64,000 nt of DNA from an uncultured Gemmatimonadales bacterium. GTDB taxonomy: Bacteria > Gemmatimonadota > Gemmatimonadetes > Gemmatimonadales > GWC2-71-9. Below the pieces are notes generated by a model. The model was not told the DNA's origin. It saw only the letters and a program-made list of their open reading frames with translations, and did not search any database. Where the stretch lies: the NCBI GenBank assembly GCA_963739455.1, contig CAVUAK010000003.1:288001-352000 (forward strand), in the 5' to 3' direction. Shown one piece after another: positions 1-9,811 of this stretch. Positions within the stretch are counted from its first letter, which is position 1; every line of letters starts with the position of its first letter. A program made the position numbers and the translations under genes.

Positions 1-140
1 GCGAGCAGGGAGAGCAGGAGAACCTGTTGGAGCGCCGCGCGGGCCGGGGGGAGTGTCACGCTGGGAAGATCGCCTCCCCGGCTTGCACCCCACCAGTGGG
101 GGGCGGGCAGGGCGGGCAGGCGGCCGCCAGCCCGCCGCCT

Positions 141-207
141 CAAGTGTATGTGTTACAGTTACTTGGATCAGGGCACCGAGAGCGGTATCTGCGGCATCGT
201 GGTTGCA
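141..207 (+). promoter_or_regulatory. Putative sigma54 promoter (CGGCATCGTGGTTGCA, 192-207) with upstream AT-rich dyad (141-165)
   Basis: GG-N10-GC spacing, close to the TGGCAC-N5-TTGCW consensus; CAAGT...ACTTG dyad 27 bp upstream; ATG at 260. Confidence 0.55.
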
Positions 208-259
208 CGTCTACACGGCCCTGAAGCGGGCCGTCGGCATCTTTAGCGGGCAGATCCCC

Positions 260-2483
260 ATGACACGTTCCATCCGTCGCACGACGCGACTCCTGATACT
301 CGCGGTTCCCCTCGTGCTGGCAGCCTGTGGCGGCGGAGGCGATCCGCTGGCTCCCCCGACCATGGGCGGGGTGGCCGTCACGGTCAGCGGATTGCCAGCG
401 GGCACGGCTGCCAACATCACGCTGACGGGTCCGGGCGGCTTCAGCCAGGTCATGACCGCCTCGGGTACGGTGGATGGGCTTACACCCGGCACCTATACCG
501 TCTCGGCGAGCGCTGTCTCCACATCAGGGGGTGGGTATGCGCCGACCGCGCCGTCCCAGTCGGTGAGTGTGCCCGCTTCCACCTCGCGGGTGCCCGTGGC
601 GGTCACCTATGCGCAACAGAACAGCCAGCTCGTGCTGACGGTGTCGGGCTTGCCTGGCGGCACTTTCGCCAGCGTGCTGGTGACGAATTCGTTCGGGTAC
701 TCCCAGGTGGTCCCGGCGACGACGACGCTCGGTGCGCTCGCGCCGGGGCTGTACACGATCGCGGCATCGAGTGTGACATCGGGTACCGACACCTACGCGC
801 CCAATCCGGCGAGCCAGCAGGTCCAGGTGACGACGGGCCATTCCACCAGCGTCACGGTGACCTACGCGATCTCGGTGCCTGGAACGGTGAACCTCACCAT
901 CGATGCGCTGACCATCACGCAGTCAGTGCAGTCCTATGACGACACCGTGCCGCTGGTGGCGAACCGCGATGCCTATCTCCGGGTCTTCGTGCGCGCCGAC
1001 CAGGCGAACACAGCGACGCCGGCGGTGCGCGTGCAGCTCTATCAGGGTGCCAATCCGACACCGGTGATGACCTACACGCTGTCGGCGCCGACGGCGAGTG
1101 TCACGATGAGCCGCCGACCAGGGCACGCTCAGCAGCTCGTGGAACCAGTTGATCCCGGCGAGCCTGATGACCACCGGTCTTCGCATCCAGGCGGATGTAG
1201 ATCCGGGCAACGGGGTGCCCGAGAGCAACGAGGCGGACAATACGTATCCGGCGTCGGGCCTCCAGAAGCTGCTGGATGTGCGTGCGGTAGCGCCGCTCAA
1301 CATTCACCTCGTACCGGTCACGGTGCAGGGGGCTGACGGGCAATGTCACGACGGCAAACTTGGACCAGTTCATGGTGACCCTCAAGAAGGTGATGCCGCT
1401 CGGGGTGGTAAGCCCTACCGTGCGCGTCACGCCGTACACCTCCCTTGCGCCCGTACTGCAGAACGACAATGCAAACGGCGCCTGGGGTGCGGTACTGAAC
1501 GAGATCTTTGCGCTGCAGAGCGGACGAAGGCACGGGGAAGTACTTCTACGGCGTGGTGGCGACCACGTACAGCAGCGGCATCGCCGGCATTGGCTACGTG
1601 GGCAACAAGGGGGCGGTCGGCTGGGACAAGTCGCCGAGCGGCGATGGGGTGCTGGCGCACGAGGTGGGGCACAACTTCAGCCTCAATCACGCGCCGGGTA
1701 CCTGTGGCGCCGGCAGTCCCGACCCGGATTTCCCGTTCCCCGACGGACGGATCGGGAACTGGGGACTCGACGTGGCCGCGCTGGCGCTCAAGGCGCCGAC
1801 CACGCTCGACCTGATGGGCTACTGCAGCGGGCCGAAGTGGATCAGCGCTTACAACTACCAGAAGGCGTTCAACTTCCGGCAGGACAACACCGGCACGGTC
1901 GTGGCCGGGGCAGAGTCGGGGTTGCTGGTGTGGGGCCGGATCGTGAACGGCACCGTGCACCTGGAGCCGGCGTTCGAGGTCTCGTCTCCGGTCAGCGTAC
2001 CTGCGCGGCGCGGGCCGTACGTGCTGGAGGGTCTCGACAACAGCGGCATCCATTCTCTTCAGCTACCCGTTCGAGGGCGAGCTGGTGGCAGACCTGGACG
2101 GAGACGAGCGCCAGTTTGCGTACGTGATTCCGCTGGGGGTGTCCGCAGGCGACCGGCTGGCGCGCCTCCGTGTGCGTGGCAGCAATGGCACCACGGAGCT
2201 GGCCAGTGCGGCGGCGATGCGGGCGGGTCGTGGGGGACGGGTGGCGATGGTACAGCAGCAGGTGGCCGCCGATGGTGAGGCGAGCGTGGTGGGGTCCGGG
2301 TCGGTGCGACTCAAGTGGAACGCGTCGGCCTATCCGATGGCGCTGGTCCGTGACGCGGCAAGCGGGGAGATCCTCTCCTTCGCGCGCAGCGGCGACGCGA
2401 CGATCGGCGTGGCGGGTCGGGAGCTCGACGTTACGTTCTCAGACGGCGTACGGAGCCGCCACCAGCGGATGACGGTGCCGTAA
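260..2483 (+). CDS. Lipoprotein with repeated beta-sandwich modules and an HExxH zinc metallopeptidase domain (M66-like); 4 apparent frameshifts
   Basis: Lipobox LVLAAC-GGGG; two repeats (VSGLP...L.PG.YT..AS.V...Y.P..SQ.V.V); VLAHEVGHNFSLNHAP motif and downstream DLMGY; frames join at ~1110, ~1330, ~1520, ~2050. Confidence 0.7.
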
Positions 2484-2557
2484 ACCCTCTCGCTTTGAGC
2501 TGGAACCCACCGGGGACCGCTGCCACGAGCAGCGGTCCCCGGTTAGGCTTCCGCCCC

Positions 2558-4151
2558 ATGTTTCGTCGTCACTCCACGCGCGGCTTGCCCGCACTCCTGC
2601 TGGCTCTGCTCGCGGCACCCGCCCTTGCCCAGGCGCCTCCCCGACCCAGGCTCGAGGTGCTGATCGTCATCGACCAGATGATGCCGGACTACTTCGACCG
2701 CTATGGCGCCGAGTTCACCGGCGGGCTGGCCCGGTTTCTCCACACGGGCGTCTACTTCACCAATGCGTTCCAGGATCATGCGCTCACCGAGACGGCGCCG
2801 GGACACTCCACGATGCTGTCGGGGCGGAGTCCGTCGAGCACCGGCATTTTCGCCAACGACATCGCCGAGATTGATTCGGCCACGGTACTCCTGAAGAGTC
2901 CCGCCCTCCTCGGCGGCCTGTGGCCTGGGTCGTCTCCGCGGCGCTTCAAGGGGACGACGCTCTACGACTGGCTCCTCACGCGCGACTCGGCGACACGCGT
3001 GCTCGCCGTGGCGCGCAAGGGCCGGGCACCGATAATGTCGGTGGGTCAGGCACGGGGGAATGTGTTCTGGTATGTCGCGGGTGGCTTCACCTCGAGCTCA
3101 TGGTACTTCGACACCCTGCCGGCCTGGCTTACTGCGTGGAATCGGCGGGGCGGGCCGGCGGCGCTGACCGGCAAGGAGTGGGGTCTGTTTCGCGATCGGG
3201 CCACGTACTCGGAAGCCGACTCGATGCCGTACGAGAATTCGGAGTCTGGGGAAGTCGACTTCACCTTCCCGCACCGGATCTCGTCCGACACCGGTCGCGC
3301 GCTGCGGACGCTGCGGAACTACCCCTGGATGGATTCCCTCACGCTGGACGTGGCGCTGGATGGAGTGCGGGGCACTGGCGTCGGGCAACGGAGTGGCACC
3401 GACCTGCTGGTCGTGTCACTGTCGACGACCGATGCGATCGGCCATGCGTACGGTCCCAACTCAATGGAGCAGCATGACCAGCTGTTGCGGCTCGATCACT
3501 GGCTCGGCTGGTTCCTTGATTCCCTTGCGGTGCTCGTTCCCAGGGAGCAGACGGTGTTCGCCCTCACGTCAGACCACGGCGTCCAGCCCTTCCCGGAGAT
3601 GACCGGGAAGGGGGGACGCGATGTCGCTCAAGCCACTCGCCGACCGGTTTGCGCGGGAATATCAGGAGCGATATCACATCCCGCTCAACACCACGTGGGA
3701 CCTGGGCCTGATCACCACGGACGTCGGGGCGCTGAGACTTCGCGGGGTGAACGTGGACAGCCTCGCCGAGGCGATGGCGACGGAGGTGAGGGCGATGCCG
3801 GGGGTGGCGCGGGTGTTCACTCCGCGATCACTTGGTCGTGCGGTGGCCGCTGATGAGCAGGCGCGCCTCTGGCGCCGGGCGATCCCGCCGTCGCAAGGAT
3901 GGCTGGTGGCCGCGACGAGCCGGCCGGGCTGGATCTGGACCGATACGCCGGGCTGGACCAATCATGGTTCGACGCAACGACTCGACATGCACATCCCGAT
4001 GATCTTCATGGGTCCGGGGATCACGGCGCGACGAGTATCCCGGAAGGTTACGAGCGAGGACATCGGCCCGACGTTCGCTGCGCTGGCGGGGGTGCGCCCC
4101 ACCGAGAGCGTCACGGGCCGGGTGCTCACCGAAGTGGCCCCGCGCCGATGA
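2558..4151 (+). CDS. Alkaline phosphatase superfamily protein (PafA-type, Thr nucleophile); frameshift ~3615
   Basis: Signal peptide; IVIDQM, HALTETAPGHSTMLSG, DAIGHAYGP, TSDHG, NHGS motifs. Confidence 0.85.
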
Positions 4152-4516
4152 GTGACTTCCCGTCGCTGCCCTGTTTTCCGTGTCCGCACGACTCGGCGTG
4201 CTGCTCCTACGGCGCGACGGTGAGTGAGCAGGAGGTGGCAGCGATCGTCGCGGCGCACGGGGAAGGAAAGGTGTACCGTACGCGCTGGGGTGAATGGCGC
4301 ACGCGAGTGAAGAAGGGCCGCTGCGTGTTCATGCTGAACGGGGGATGCAGCATCCACGCGCAGTCGTATTATCCGGTGGTGTGCCGGGGGTTTCCGTGGA
4401 CGGACGCGGAGACGGGCGGCCCGTATGAGTTCGACCAGACGATCTGCCCGGAGTTCCTGGCCAGGCCGGAGCTGGTGCAGCTGACAAGAGCGGAACTCAA
4501 AAAGCGTGAGCGGTAA
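4148..4516 (+). CDS. YkgJ-like cysteine-cluster protein
   Basis: ATGA overlap with upstream stop; CFPCPHDSACC, CVFM..GCSIH...PVVCRGFP, C-terminal CP. Confidence 0.7.
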   Translation: MSDFPSLPCFPCPHDSACCSYGATVSEQEVAAIVAAHGEGKVYRTRWGEWRTRVKKGRCVFMLNGGCSIHAQSYYPVVCRGFPWTDAETGGPYEFDQTICPEFLARPELVQLTRAELKKRER

Positions 4517-4637
4517 GCGGTGAGCGGGTCGGTCAGTCAATATCCTCGGAGATTTCAATGAACTCAGGTTACAGGTTCTTGTGCGGAAGCCGTGGATGGC
4601 ATTTCCCGCTCACCGCTCACCGCCTGCCGCTTACGCT
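4504..4637. repeat. Inverted heptamer arrays (GCGGTGA-type at 4504-4527; CCGCTCA-type at 4606-4637)
   Basis: gcgtgag-cggtaag-cggtgag-cgg versus ccgctca-ccgctca-ccgcctg-ccgctta-cgct. Confidence 0.8.
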
Positions 4638-5880
4638 GCTATTACTCCTCGTCCCCAACATTGCCATGGCCCAGACACCCGACAAGAACCTCGAGCACGC
4701 CAGGCAGGTCATCAAGGCGGCGCCCATCATCGACGGCCACAACGACCTGGCATGGGAGATTCGCACGAACAAGGCGGCGCCGTTCGACGTTGACGCGTAC
4801 GACCTGCGGCAGACCACCCCGGGCCACACCGACTTCCAGCGGCTCGCTGCTGGCGGCGTCGGTGCGCAGTTCTGGTCCATCTACGTGCCGGGCGAGGTCA
4901 AGGACAGCGGTTACGCGAAGATCCAGCTGGAGGAGTTCGACATCGCCCGGCGGTTCATTGCCAGGTACCCGGACAAGTTTGTCCTGGCGCTCACCGCCGC
5001 GGACATCGAGGCTGCGAACAAGGCGGGGAAGATCGCGAGCCTCCTCGGCATGGAGGGTGGGCACGCCATCGAGAACTCGCTGGGTGCGCTGCGCATGTAC
5101 TACGACCTGGGTGCCCGCTACATGACGCTGACCCACAACGTCACGCTGGACTGGGCGGACGCCGCGCTGGACAAGCCGACGCACAGTGGGCTCACGGCGT
5201 TTGGCCGCGCGGTCGTGGGTGAGATGAACCGCATGGGCATGATGGTGGACCTGTCGCATGTGTCACCCGGCGTCATGAGCGATGCCCTCGACGTCACCCA
5301 GTCGCCGGTCATCTTCTCGCATTCGTCCTCGCGCGCACTGGTGGACTTCCCGCGCAACGTGCCGGACTCGATCCTGGCGCGGGTGCCGAAGAACGGCGGG
5401 GTCGTGATGGTGACCTTCGTCCCGTCCTTCGTGTCGAACGAGGTGATGGCGTGGGAGGCGAAGAAGAACGCCTGGAAGCCGACAGGCGTGGCGGAGACCG
5501 ATACGGCTGCCGTGCAGCAGCAGCGCGACGCGTGGCTCAAGGCCAATCCGGCCCCGAAGGCGACGCTGAGCCAGGTGGCCGATCACATCGACCATGTGAA
5601 GCAGATCGCGGGGGCCGATCATGTCGGTCTCGGCAGTGACTTCGACGGCATTGACACGACGCCCACCGGCCTCGAGGACGTCTCCACCTTCCCGGCCTTG
5701 TTTGCGGAGTTGATCCGGCGCGGCTGGAGCGACGAGGACCTCAAGAAGCTGGCGCGCTACAACATCCTGCGGGTGCTCAAGGCGAACGAGGAGGTGGCGG
5801 CGCGGCTGCAGAAGACGTCGCGGCCGTCGGTTCAGACCATTCAGCAGCTTGACGGCGCGTCGTCACCAGCAAAGCCGTGA
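4558..5880 (+). CDS. Membrane/renal-type dipeptidase (peptidase M19)
   Basis: IIDGHNDL, GMEGGH, MTLTH, VDLSHVS, FSHSS, GLGSDFDG; signal peptide. Confidence 0.92.
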   Translation: MNSGYRFLCGSRGWHFPLTAHRLPLTLLLLLVPNIAMAQTPDKNLEHARQVIKAAPIIDGHNDLAWEIRTNKAAPFDVDAYDLRQTTPGHTDFQRLAAGGVGAQFWSIYVPGEVKDSGYAKIQLEEFDIARRFIARYPDKFVLALTAADIEAANKAGKIASLLGMEGGHAIENSLGALRMYYDLGARYMTLTHNVTLDWADAALDKPTHSGLTAFGRAVVGEMNRMGMMVDLSHVSPGVMSDALDVTQSPVIFSHSSSRALVDFPRNVPDSILARVPKNGGVVMVTFVPSFVSNEVMAWEAKKNAWKPTGVAETDTAAVQQQRDAWLKANPAPKATLSQVADHIDHVKQIAGADHVGLGSDFDGIDTTPTGLEDVSTFPALFAELIRRGWSDEDLKKLARYNILRVLKANEEVAARLQKTSRPSVQTIQQLDGASSPAKP

Positions 5881-6541
5881 CCACGGCGATCGTGGCGAAC
5901 CCGAACCACTGCAGCATGTAGCTCTTGTGCGGGCCGTCGTCGAGTGGCGGCGGCTCGAGCCGGCGGGGCCATGCCGGCTGGTCCGCGCCCGGCGCCGCAA
6001 AGAGGACCACGCCGAGCACCGGGTAAGGCAGCAGCTGCCGAAGCGCCCCGAGCTCGAGTTCCTTCCAGGTCATGCGCCCGTCGTGCCGCAGCGGCTGCGC
6101 GCGGCTGCTCCCGTCCGGGATGGTCCGGGCGATGCCGCTCACCGACTGCTCTCCTGATTCTCCCAGCGAATCCAGCTGCGGCACCGAGATCCCGTCAGGT
6201 GACGGGACGAAGCCCCGCACCACGAGAATGGCGGAATCCCCGCGCGCGCCGCGCAGCGGCGTCACCACGACGACACCGGGCGAGCCGCTCAGGACCTGGC
6301 CACGCAGCAGCATGTCGTGCGACTGGTCGAAGATGCCATGTGCCGTCACGCGCCGGTCAGCGAGGGCAGCGTCGGGCCCGCGTGCGAGCTCGACCGGCGG
6401 CATCTGTCGCGCGTGGGTGGCTGCGGTATTGGCGGCCCGTCGCGCCAGCAGGCGCGAGCGCTGCCAGATGCCGAGCCGAACGCAGACGGCGGCAACCATG
6501 AACATCAAGACGACAAAGAAGATGCGCGCGCGAGGTGACAT
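5777..6541 (-). CDS. SURF1 family protein
   Basis: N-terminal TM with LGIWQ; G..VVTPL; LVVRGFVP; H.SY.LQWFGFA C-terminal TM. Confidence 0.85.
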   Translation of the reverse strand: MSPRARIFFVVLMFMVAAVCVRLGIWQRSRLLARRAANTAATHARQMPPVELARGPDAALADRRVTAHGIFDQSHDMLLRGQVLSGSPGVVVVTPLRGARGDSAILVVRGFVPSPDGISVPQLDSLGESGEQSVSGIARTIPDGSSRAQPLRHDGRMTWKELELGALRQLLPYPVLGVVLFAAPGADQPAWPRRLEPPPLDDGPHKSYMLQWFGFATIAVVTALLVTTRRQAAEWSEPTAATSSAAAPPPPRSP

Positions 6542-6690
6542 GGCTGTCTGGTCGAGGGGACATTCCGGGGTTGCACGCGACGGATGCCCGGGGGAGTGAC
6601 AAAGATACCGGGGGCGCGAATGCGGTCCGACCCTTGCCTTGGCAGGGCGTGATCACCGTCTCCACCGGACCCCGTTCGTGAGGCATCGCC

Positions 6691-7278
6691 ATGTTCCGCC
6701 GACTCGCCGTAGCCGCGCTCGCGATGGCATTCGTATCCCCGCTTGCTGCGCAGGTGCGAAGGGGCATCGCCGAGGTACAACCGTCGCCGCGCGGTGGCGC
6801 CTGGGGTAGCATCGGGTTCGGCGCGGGCATGGAGCAGGTGGACCTGGGCGGCGACCGGCTGGGCTTCAGCGATCCGCTCTGGCGGCCGACCTTCAACGCC
6901 CGGCTGGGGGGCACGGTGAAGCAGGTGCTGCGGCTGGGCGGCGAGGTGTTCGTGTGGACCAACTGGTCCGGGGGCATCACGGAGACGCTGACCAGCGTCA
7001 TGCCCATCATCCAGCTCTATCCATCCCGGTCGGTGGGTATCAATGTGCGCGGGGGGGCTGGCTTCGCGTGGAGCGGCGTCAGCAACTTCGGCGCATTCGT
7101 GGGCGACAACGGATTCGGCACCATGGTGGGCATCGGGTGGGAGTTCCCCGTGAACCGCACGCTCTTCATCACGCCAGGGGTCGACTGGTACCAGCAGTGG
7201 TACGGCGGGGGGCTCCAGCCGAGCTATACCGAGCGGATCATCAACATCAGCCTGAGCATCGGATTGCAAGGCGGCTGA
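6691..7278 (+). CDS. Outer-membrane beta-barrel-like protein
   Basis: Signal peptide (PLAAQ); alternating Gly/aromatic amphipathic strands. Confidence 0.6.
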   Translation: MFRRLAVAALAMAFVSPLAAQVRRGIAEVQPSPRGGAWGSIGFGAGMEQVDLGGDRLGFSDPLWRPTFNARLGGTVKQVLRLGGEVFVWTNWSGGITETLTSVMPIIQLYPSRSVGINVRGGAGFAWSGVSNFGAFVGDNGFGTMVGIGWEFPVNRTLFITPGVDWYQQWYGGGLQPSYTERIINISLSIGLQGG

Positions 7279-7294
7279 ACGACTTGCGTGAGGG

Positions 7295-7323
7295 TTGACC
7301 GCCCCGTGAGGGGTCGGTATGTT
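7295..7323 (+). promoter_or_regulatory. sigma70-type promoter of the tRNA pair
   Basis: TTGACC-N17-TATGTT, 11 nt upstream of tRNA-Leu. Confidence 0.65.
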
Positions 7324-7334
7324 CGACCCTCGCC

Positions 7335-7416
7335 GCCCTGGTGGTGAAACTGGTAGACACGCTATCTTGAGGGGGTAGTGCCGTAAGGCATCGCGGTTCG
7401 AGTCCGCGCCAGGGCA
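7335..7416 (+). tRNA. tRNA-Leu(GAG)
   Basis: GCCCTGG/CCAGGGC acceptor stem; CTATC-TTGAGGG-GGTAG anticodon arm; long variable arm; GGTTCGAGTCC; CCA not encoded. Confidence 0.95.
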
Positions 7417-7437
7417 TCCCTCAGCACAAATGCAGGC

Positions 7438-7509
7438 GCCACTGTAGCTCAGGGGTAGAGCTCTCGATTCGTAATCGAGCGGTCGTCAGTTCAAATCTGA
7501 CCAGTGGCT
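7438..7509 (+). tRNA. tRNA-Thr(CGT)
   Basis: GCCACTG/CAGTGGC acceptor; CTCGA-TTCGTAA-TCGAG anticodon arm; GTTCAAATC T-loop. Confidence 0.95.
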
Positions 7510-7593
7510 CTCAAGCTCGCAGCGGTGGCAGGGAACAGCCGCAGGAACACGCGCCGGGTGATGGCTCCATGCCATCACCCGGTTTTGCGTTCA

Positions 7594-7980
7594 TCAACTC
7601 GCCCGTTTCGCCTTCTCGTAGAGCCGGTCGAACTTCGTGCGCGCCGACTGGATCTCCGTGCGATGGTCCTCGGCCCAGTCGGCGAGGGCTGCGACCGGCA
7701 CCAGCAGCGTCTCGCCGAGGCGAGTGAGCTCGTATTCGACCTTGGGCGGAATGGTGGGATATATCGTGCGAGTGACGAGCCCGTCGCGCTCCAGGCTTCG
7801 AAGCGTGAGCGTCAGCATCCGCTGCGAGATGCCCTCGATGGATCGCCGCAGTTCGCTGAAGCGCTGGGGACCATCCTTGAGCAGGACGACCACCAGGACA
7901 CTCCACTTGTCTCCCACCCGGCTCAGCACTTCGCGCACGGCGGGGCAGGCGTTGGCCACCTTGGGGTGACTGGGTGACAT
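7594..7980 (-). CDS. HxlR-family winged-helix transcriptional regulator
   Basis: [16 protein letters not shown]...[30 protein letters not shown]...PPKVEYELT. Confidence 0.92.
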   Translation of the reverse strand: MSPSHPKVANACPAVREVLSRVGDKWSVLVVVLLKDGPQRFSELRRSIEGISQRMLTLTLRSLERDGLVTRTIYPTIPPKVEYELTRLGETLLVPVAALADWAEDHRTEIQSARTKFDRLYEKAKRAS

Positions 7981-8083
7981 GGATGTGCCTTCTTCCGGAA
8001 ACTCAGTGTGGTCACCAATATATATCGAGTTCCTGAAAGTAACCAGCAACTGATTGGTAACCGGCACTGACGGAGTCCATGAC

Positions 8084-8635
8084 ATGGCGACAGAACACTT
8101 GACCTTCGACCTGGTGCACTCGAGCATCGGGTTCTGGGTGCGGCACTTGATGGTGTCGAAGGTCCACGGGCGGTTCTCACAGTGGGCGGGGACGCTGGAG
8201 TTCGACGAGCAACATCCGGGTGGGTCGCGCGTGGCGGTGAGTATCGACGCGTCGAGTATCGACACCCGGGAGGCCCAGCGGGACGCGCACCTGAGTTCGG
8301 CCGATTTCCTTGACGCCGAGCACTTTCCGCACATCACGTTTACCAGCACGAGCGTCGCGCGGAAGTCGGGTGCGGATTTCCGCATTACTGGCGACCTGAC
8401 CATCCGCGGTGTCACGCGTCCCGTGCAGCTCGATGCGGAGTACTCGGGGCGGGTGAAGGATCCGTGGGGCGGCGAGCGGCTTGGATTTTCGGCGCGCACC
8501 ACAATTCACCGAAGTGAATTCGGCCTGACCTGGAACCAGCTGCTCGAGGCCGGCGGCGTGGCGGTGGCCGACAAGATCGAGATCAGTATCGAGATCGAGG
8601 CGGTGAAGAGTGCCGCGCAGGCCGCGGCCGCCTAG
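8084..8635 (+). CDS. YceI family protein
   Basis: [16 protein letters not shown]...[31 protein letters not shown]. Confidence 0.92.
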   Translation: MATEHLTFDLVHSSIGFWVRHLMVSKVHGRFSQWAGTLEFDEQHPGGSRVAVSIDASSIDTREAQRDAHLSSADFLDAEHFPHITFTSTSVARKSGADFRITGDLTIRGVTRPVQLDAEYSGRVKDPWGGERLGFSARTTIHRSEFGLTWNQLLEAGGVAVADKIEISIEIEAVKSAAQAAAA

Positions 8636-8645
8636 ATTCTCCGGC

Positions 8646-9134
8646 ATGGACCAATCCCCTGACAGCGCCGCCTGCGAGTACAATCCGCAGGCGGCGCTAT
8701 CGCCTGACGAGCGGCGACGCTTCCAGGATCCGGAGAAGATCCGCCGCATCTTCACGGACGTGAAGACCATTGCGGTAGTGGGGTTGTCACGCGACCCGGC
8801 GAAGCCGAGTCACTATGTGCCGGCCCACATGCAGCGGGCGGGCTACCGGATCATCCCGGTGACGCCGCACGCCGGCACGGTGTTGGGTGAGCGGACCTGG
8901 CCCGACCTCTCCGGCGTGCCGGTGCCAGTGGACCTGGTGCTGGTGTTCCGTCCCGGGCCGCAGTGCCTGAAGGTTGCCGAGCAGGCGATCGCGGCGGGGG
9001 TGCCGCGAATCTGGTTCCAGCTCCACATCCCGGCCGGTGAGGGAGCCCGGCTCGCTGAGGCGGCGGGGCTGCAGGTGGTGGCGGACCGATGCATGATGGT
9101 CGAGCACCGGGCGGTCGTCGGCCGCCCGGCCTGA
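8646..9134 (+). CDS. CoA-binding protein (YccU-like)
   Basis: TIAVVGLS..P.KPSHYV, GYRIIPV, VDLVLVFR, IWFQL, DRCMMVEH. Confidence 0.88.
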   Translation: MDQSPDSAACEYNPQAALSPDERRRFQDPEKIRRIFTDVKTIAVVGLSRDPAKPSHYVPAHMQRAGYRIIPVTPHAGTVLGERTWPDLSGVPVPVDLVLVFRPGPQCLKVAEQAIAAGVPRIWFQLHIPAGEGARLAEAAGLQVVADRCMMVEHRAVVGRPA

Positions 9135-9198
9135 CACCCATAGGGGGGCCTCAGGGCTGTCGAAAAGGCGACCTACCGGGTAAACTGGTCACCTCGTA

Positions 9199-9272
9199 CG
9201 GGACGTAGCGCAGTCCGGTAGCGCACTGCAATGGGGTTGCAGGGGTCGCGGGTTCAAATCCCGCCGTCCCGA
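9199..9272 (+). tRNA. tRNA-Pro(GGG)
   Basis: CGGGACG/CGTCCCG acceptor; CTGCA-ATGGGGT-TGCAG anticodon arm; GGTTCAAATCC. Confidence 0.95.
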
Positions 9273-9283
9273 TGGGTTTACGA

Positions 9284-9318
9284 CGAAGGCCAACCGAGTG
9301 GTTGGCCTTTCGTGTTTC
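9284..9318 (+). terminator. Hairpin terminator after tRNA-Pro
   Basis: GAAGGCCAACC-GAGT-GGTTGGCCTTT followed by cgtgttt. Confidence 0.7.
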
Positions 9319-9326
9319 AGGGGGCC

Positions 9327-9638
9327 TCACGCCGACGCCATTCGCCTCGGGTCGAGGGCCCGTTCGAGGAGGCTTCGAGCACCCCGGATGCGTCGCACAG
9401 CCCGGTTCATGCTGGGGACATCGCGGGCTGCCCACGCGACCTCCGCCTCGTGTGAGCCTTCGCGGAACTCGATGAGCGCAGTGTTGCCCCACTCGACCGC
9501 CGGCTGGCTCAGGGCCCCCGCTTCATCCTTCACATGCAGTGTCTCGACCAGGAATCCGATCTTGCGCGCCTCCACGCGATAGCGGGCGGAGAGCGCGTTC
9601 AGCTTCTTCGCATGACGCTCGACCTTCCAGTGCCACAT
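9327..9638 (-). CDS. Small hypothetical protein, probably alpha-helical (103 aa)
   Basis: Open frame with natural composition filling an otherwise empty gap; no recognised motif. Confidence 0.5.
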   Translation of the reverse strand: MWHWKVERHAKKLNALSARYRVEARKIGFLVETLHVKDEAGALSQPAVEWGNTALIEFREGSHEAEVAWAARDVPSMNRAVRRIRGARSLLERALDPRRMASA

Positions 9639-9754
9639 GGCGCCACCGGTTTCAACTGTGACTGATGTGTGCGAGTTACACTGCTTGACGAATGTCATCG
9701 CTGTGGTCCGCACACATTGGATGCGATTTGTCCAACTCTGGTACGTGGTGAAAC

Positions 9755-9783
9755 AAAAAAGCGGCCAGCAGGTGCTGGCCGCT
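9755..9783 (-). terminator. Rho-independent terminator of the ECF/DUF4097 operon
   Basis: Minus strand AGCGGCCAGCA-CC-TGCTGGCCGCT then TTTTT. Confidence 0.8.
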
Positions 9784-9811
9784 CCTTCTTGCGCGATCTT
9801 GCACAGCGTCG

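Noticed and set aside
6548..6576. ECF-like GCAACC motif upstream of SURF1 (minus strand)
   Set aside because: Spacer to the candidate -10 is 14 nt, versus 16 at the other two sites
9226..9242. A32-U38 in the tRNA-Pro(GGG) anticodon loop
   Set aside because: Known feature of this isoacceptor, not novel
7335..9330. tRNA-anchored genomic island
   Set aside because: No integrase, no duplicated tRNA 3' end seen, and composition resembles the flanks
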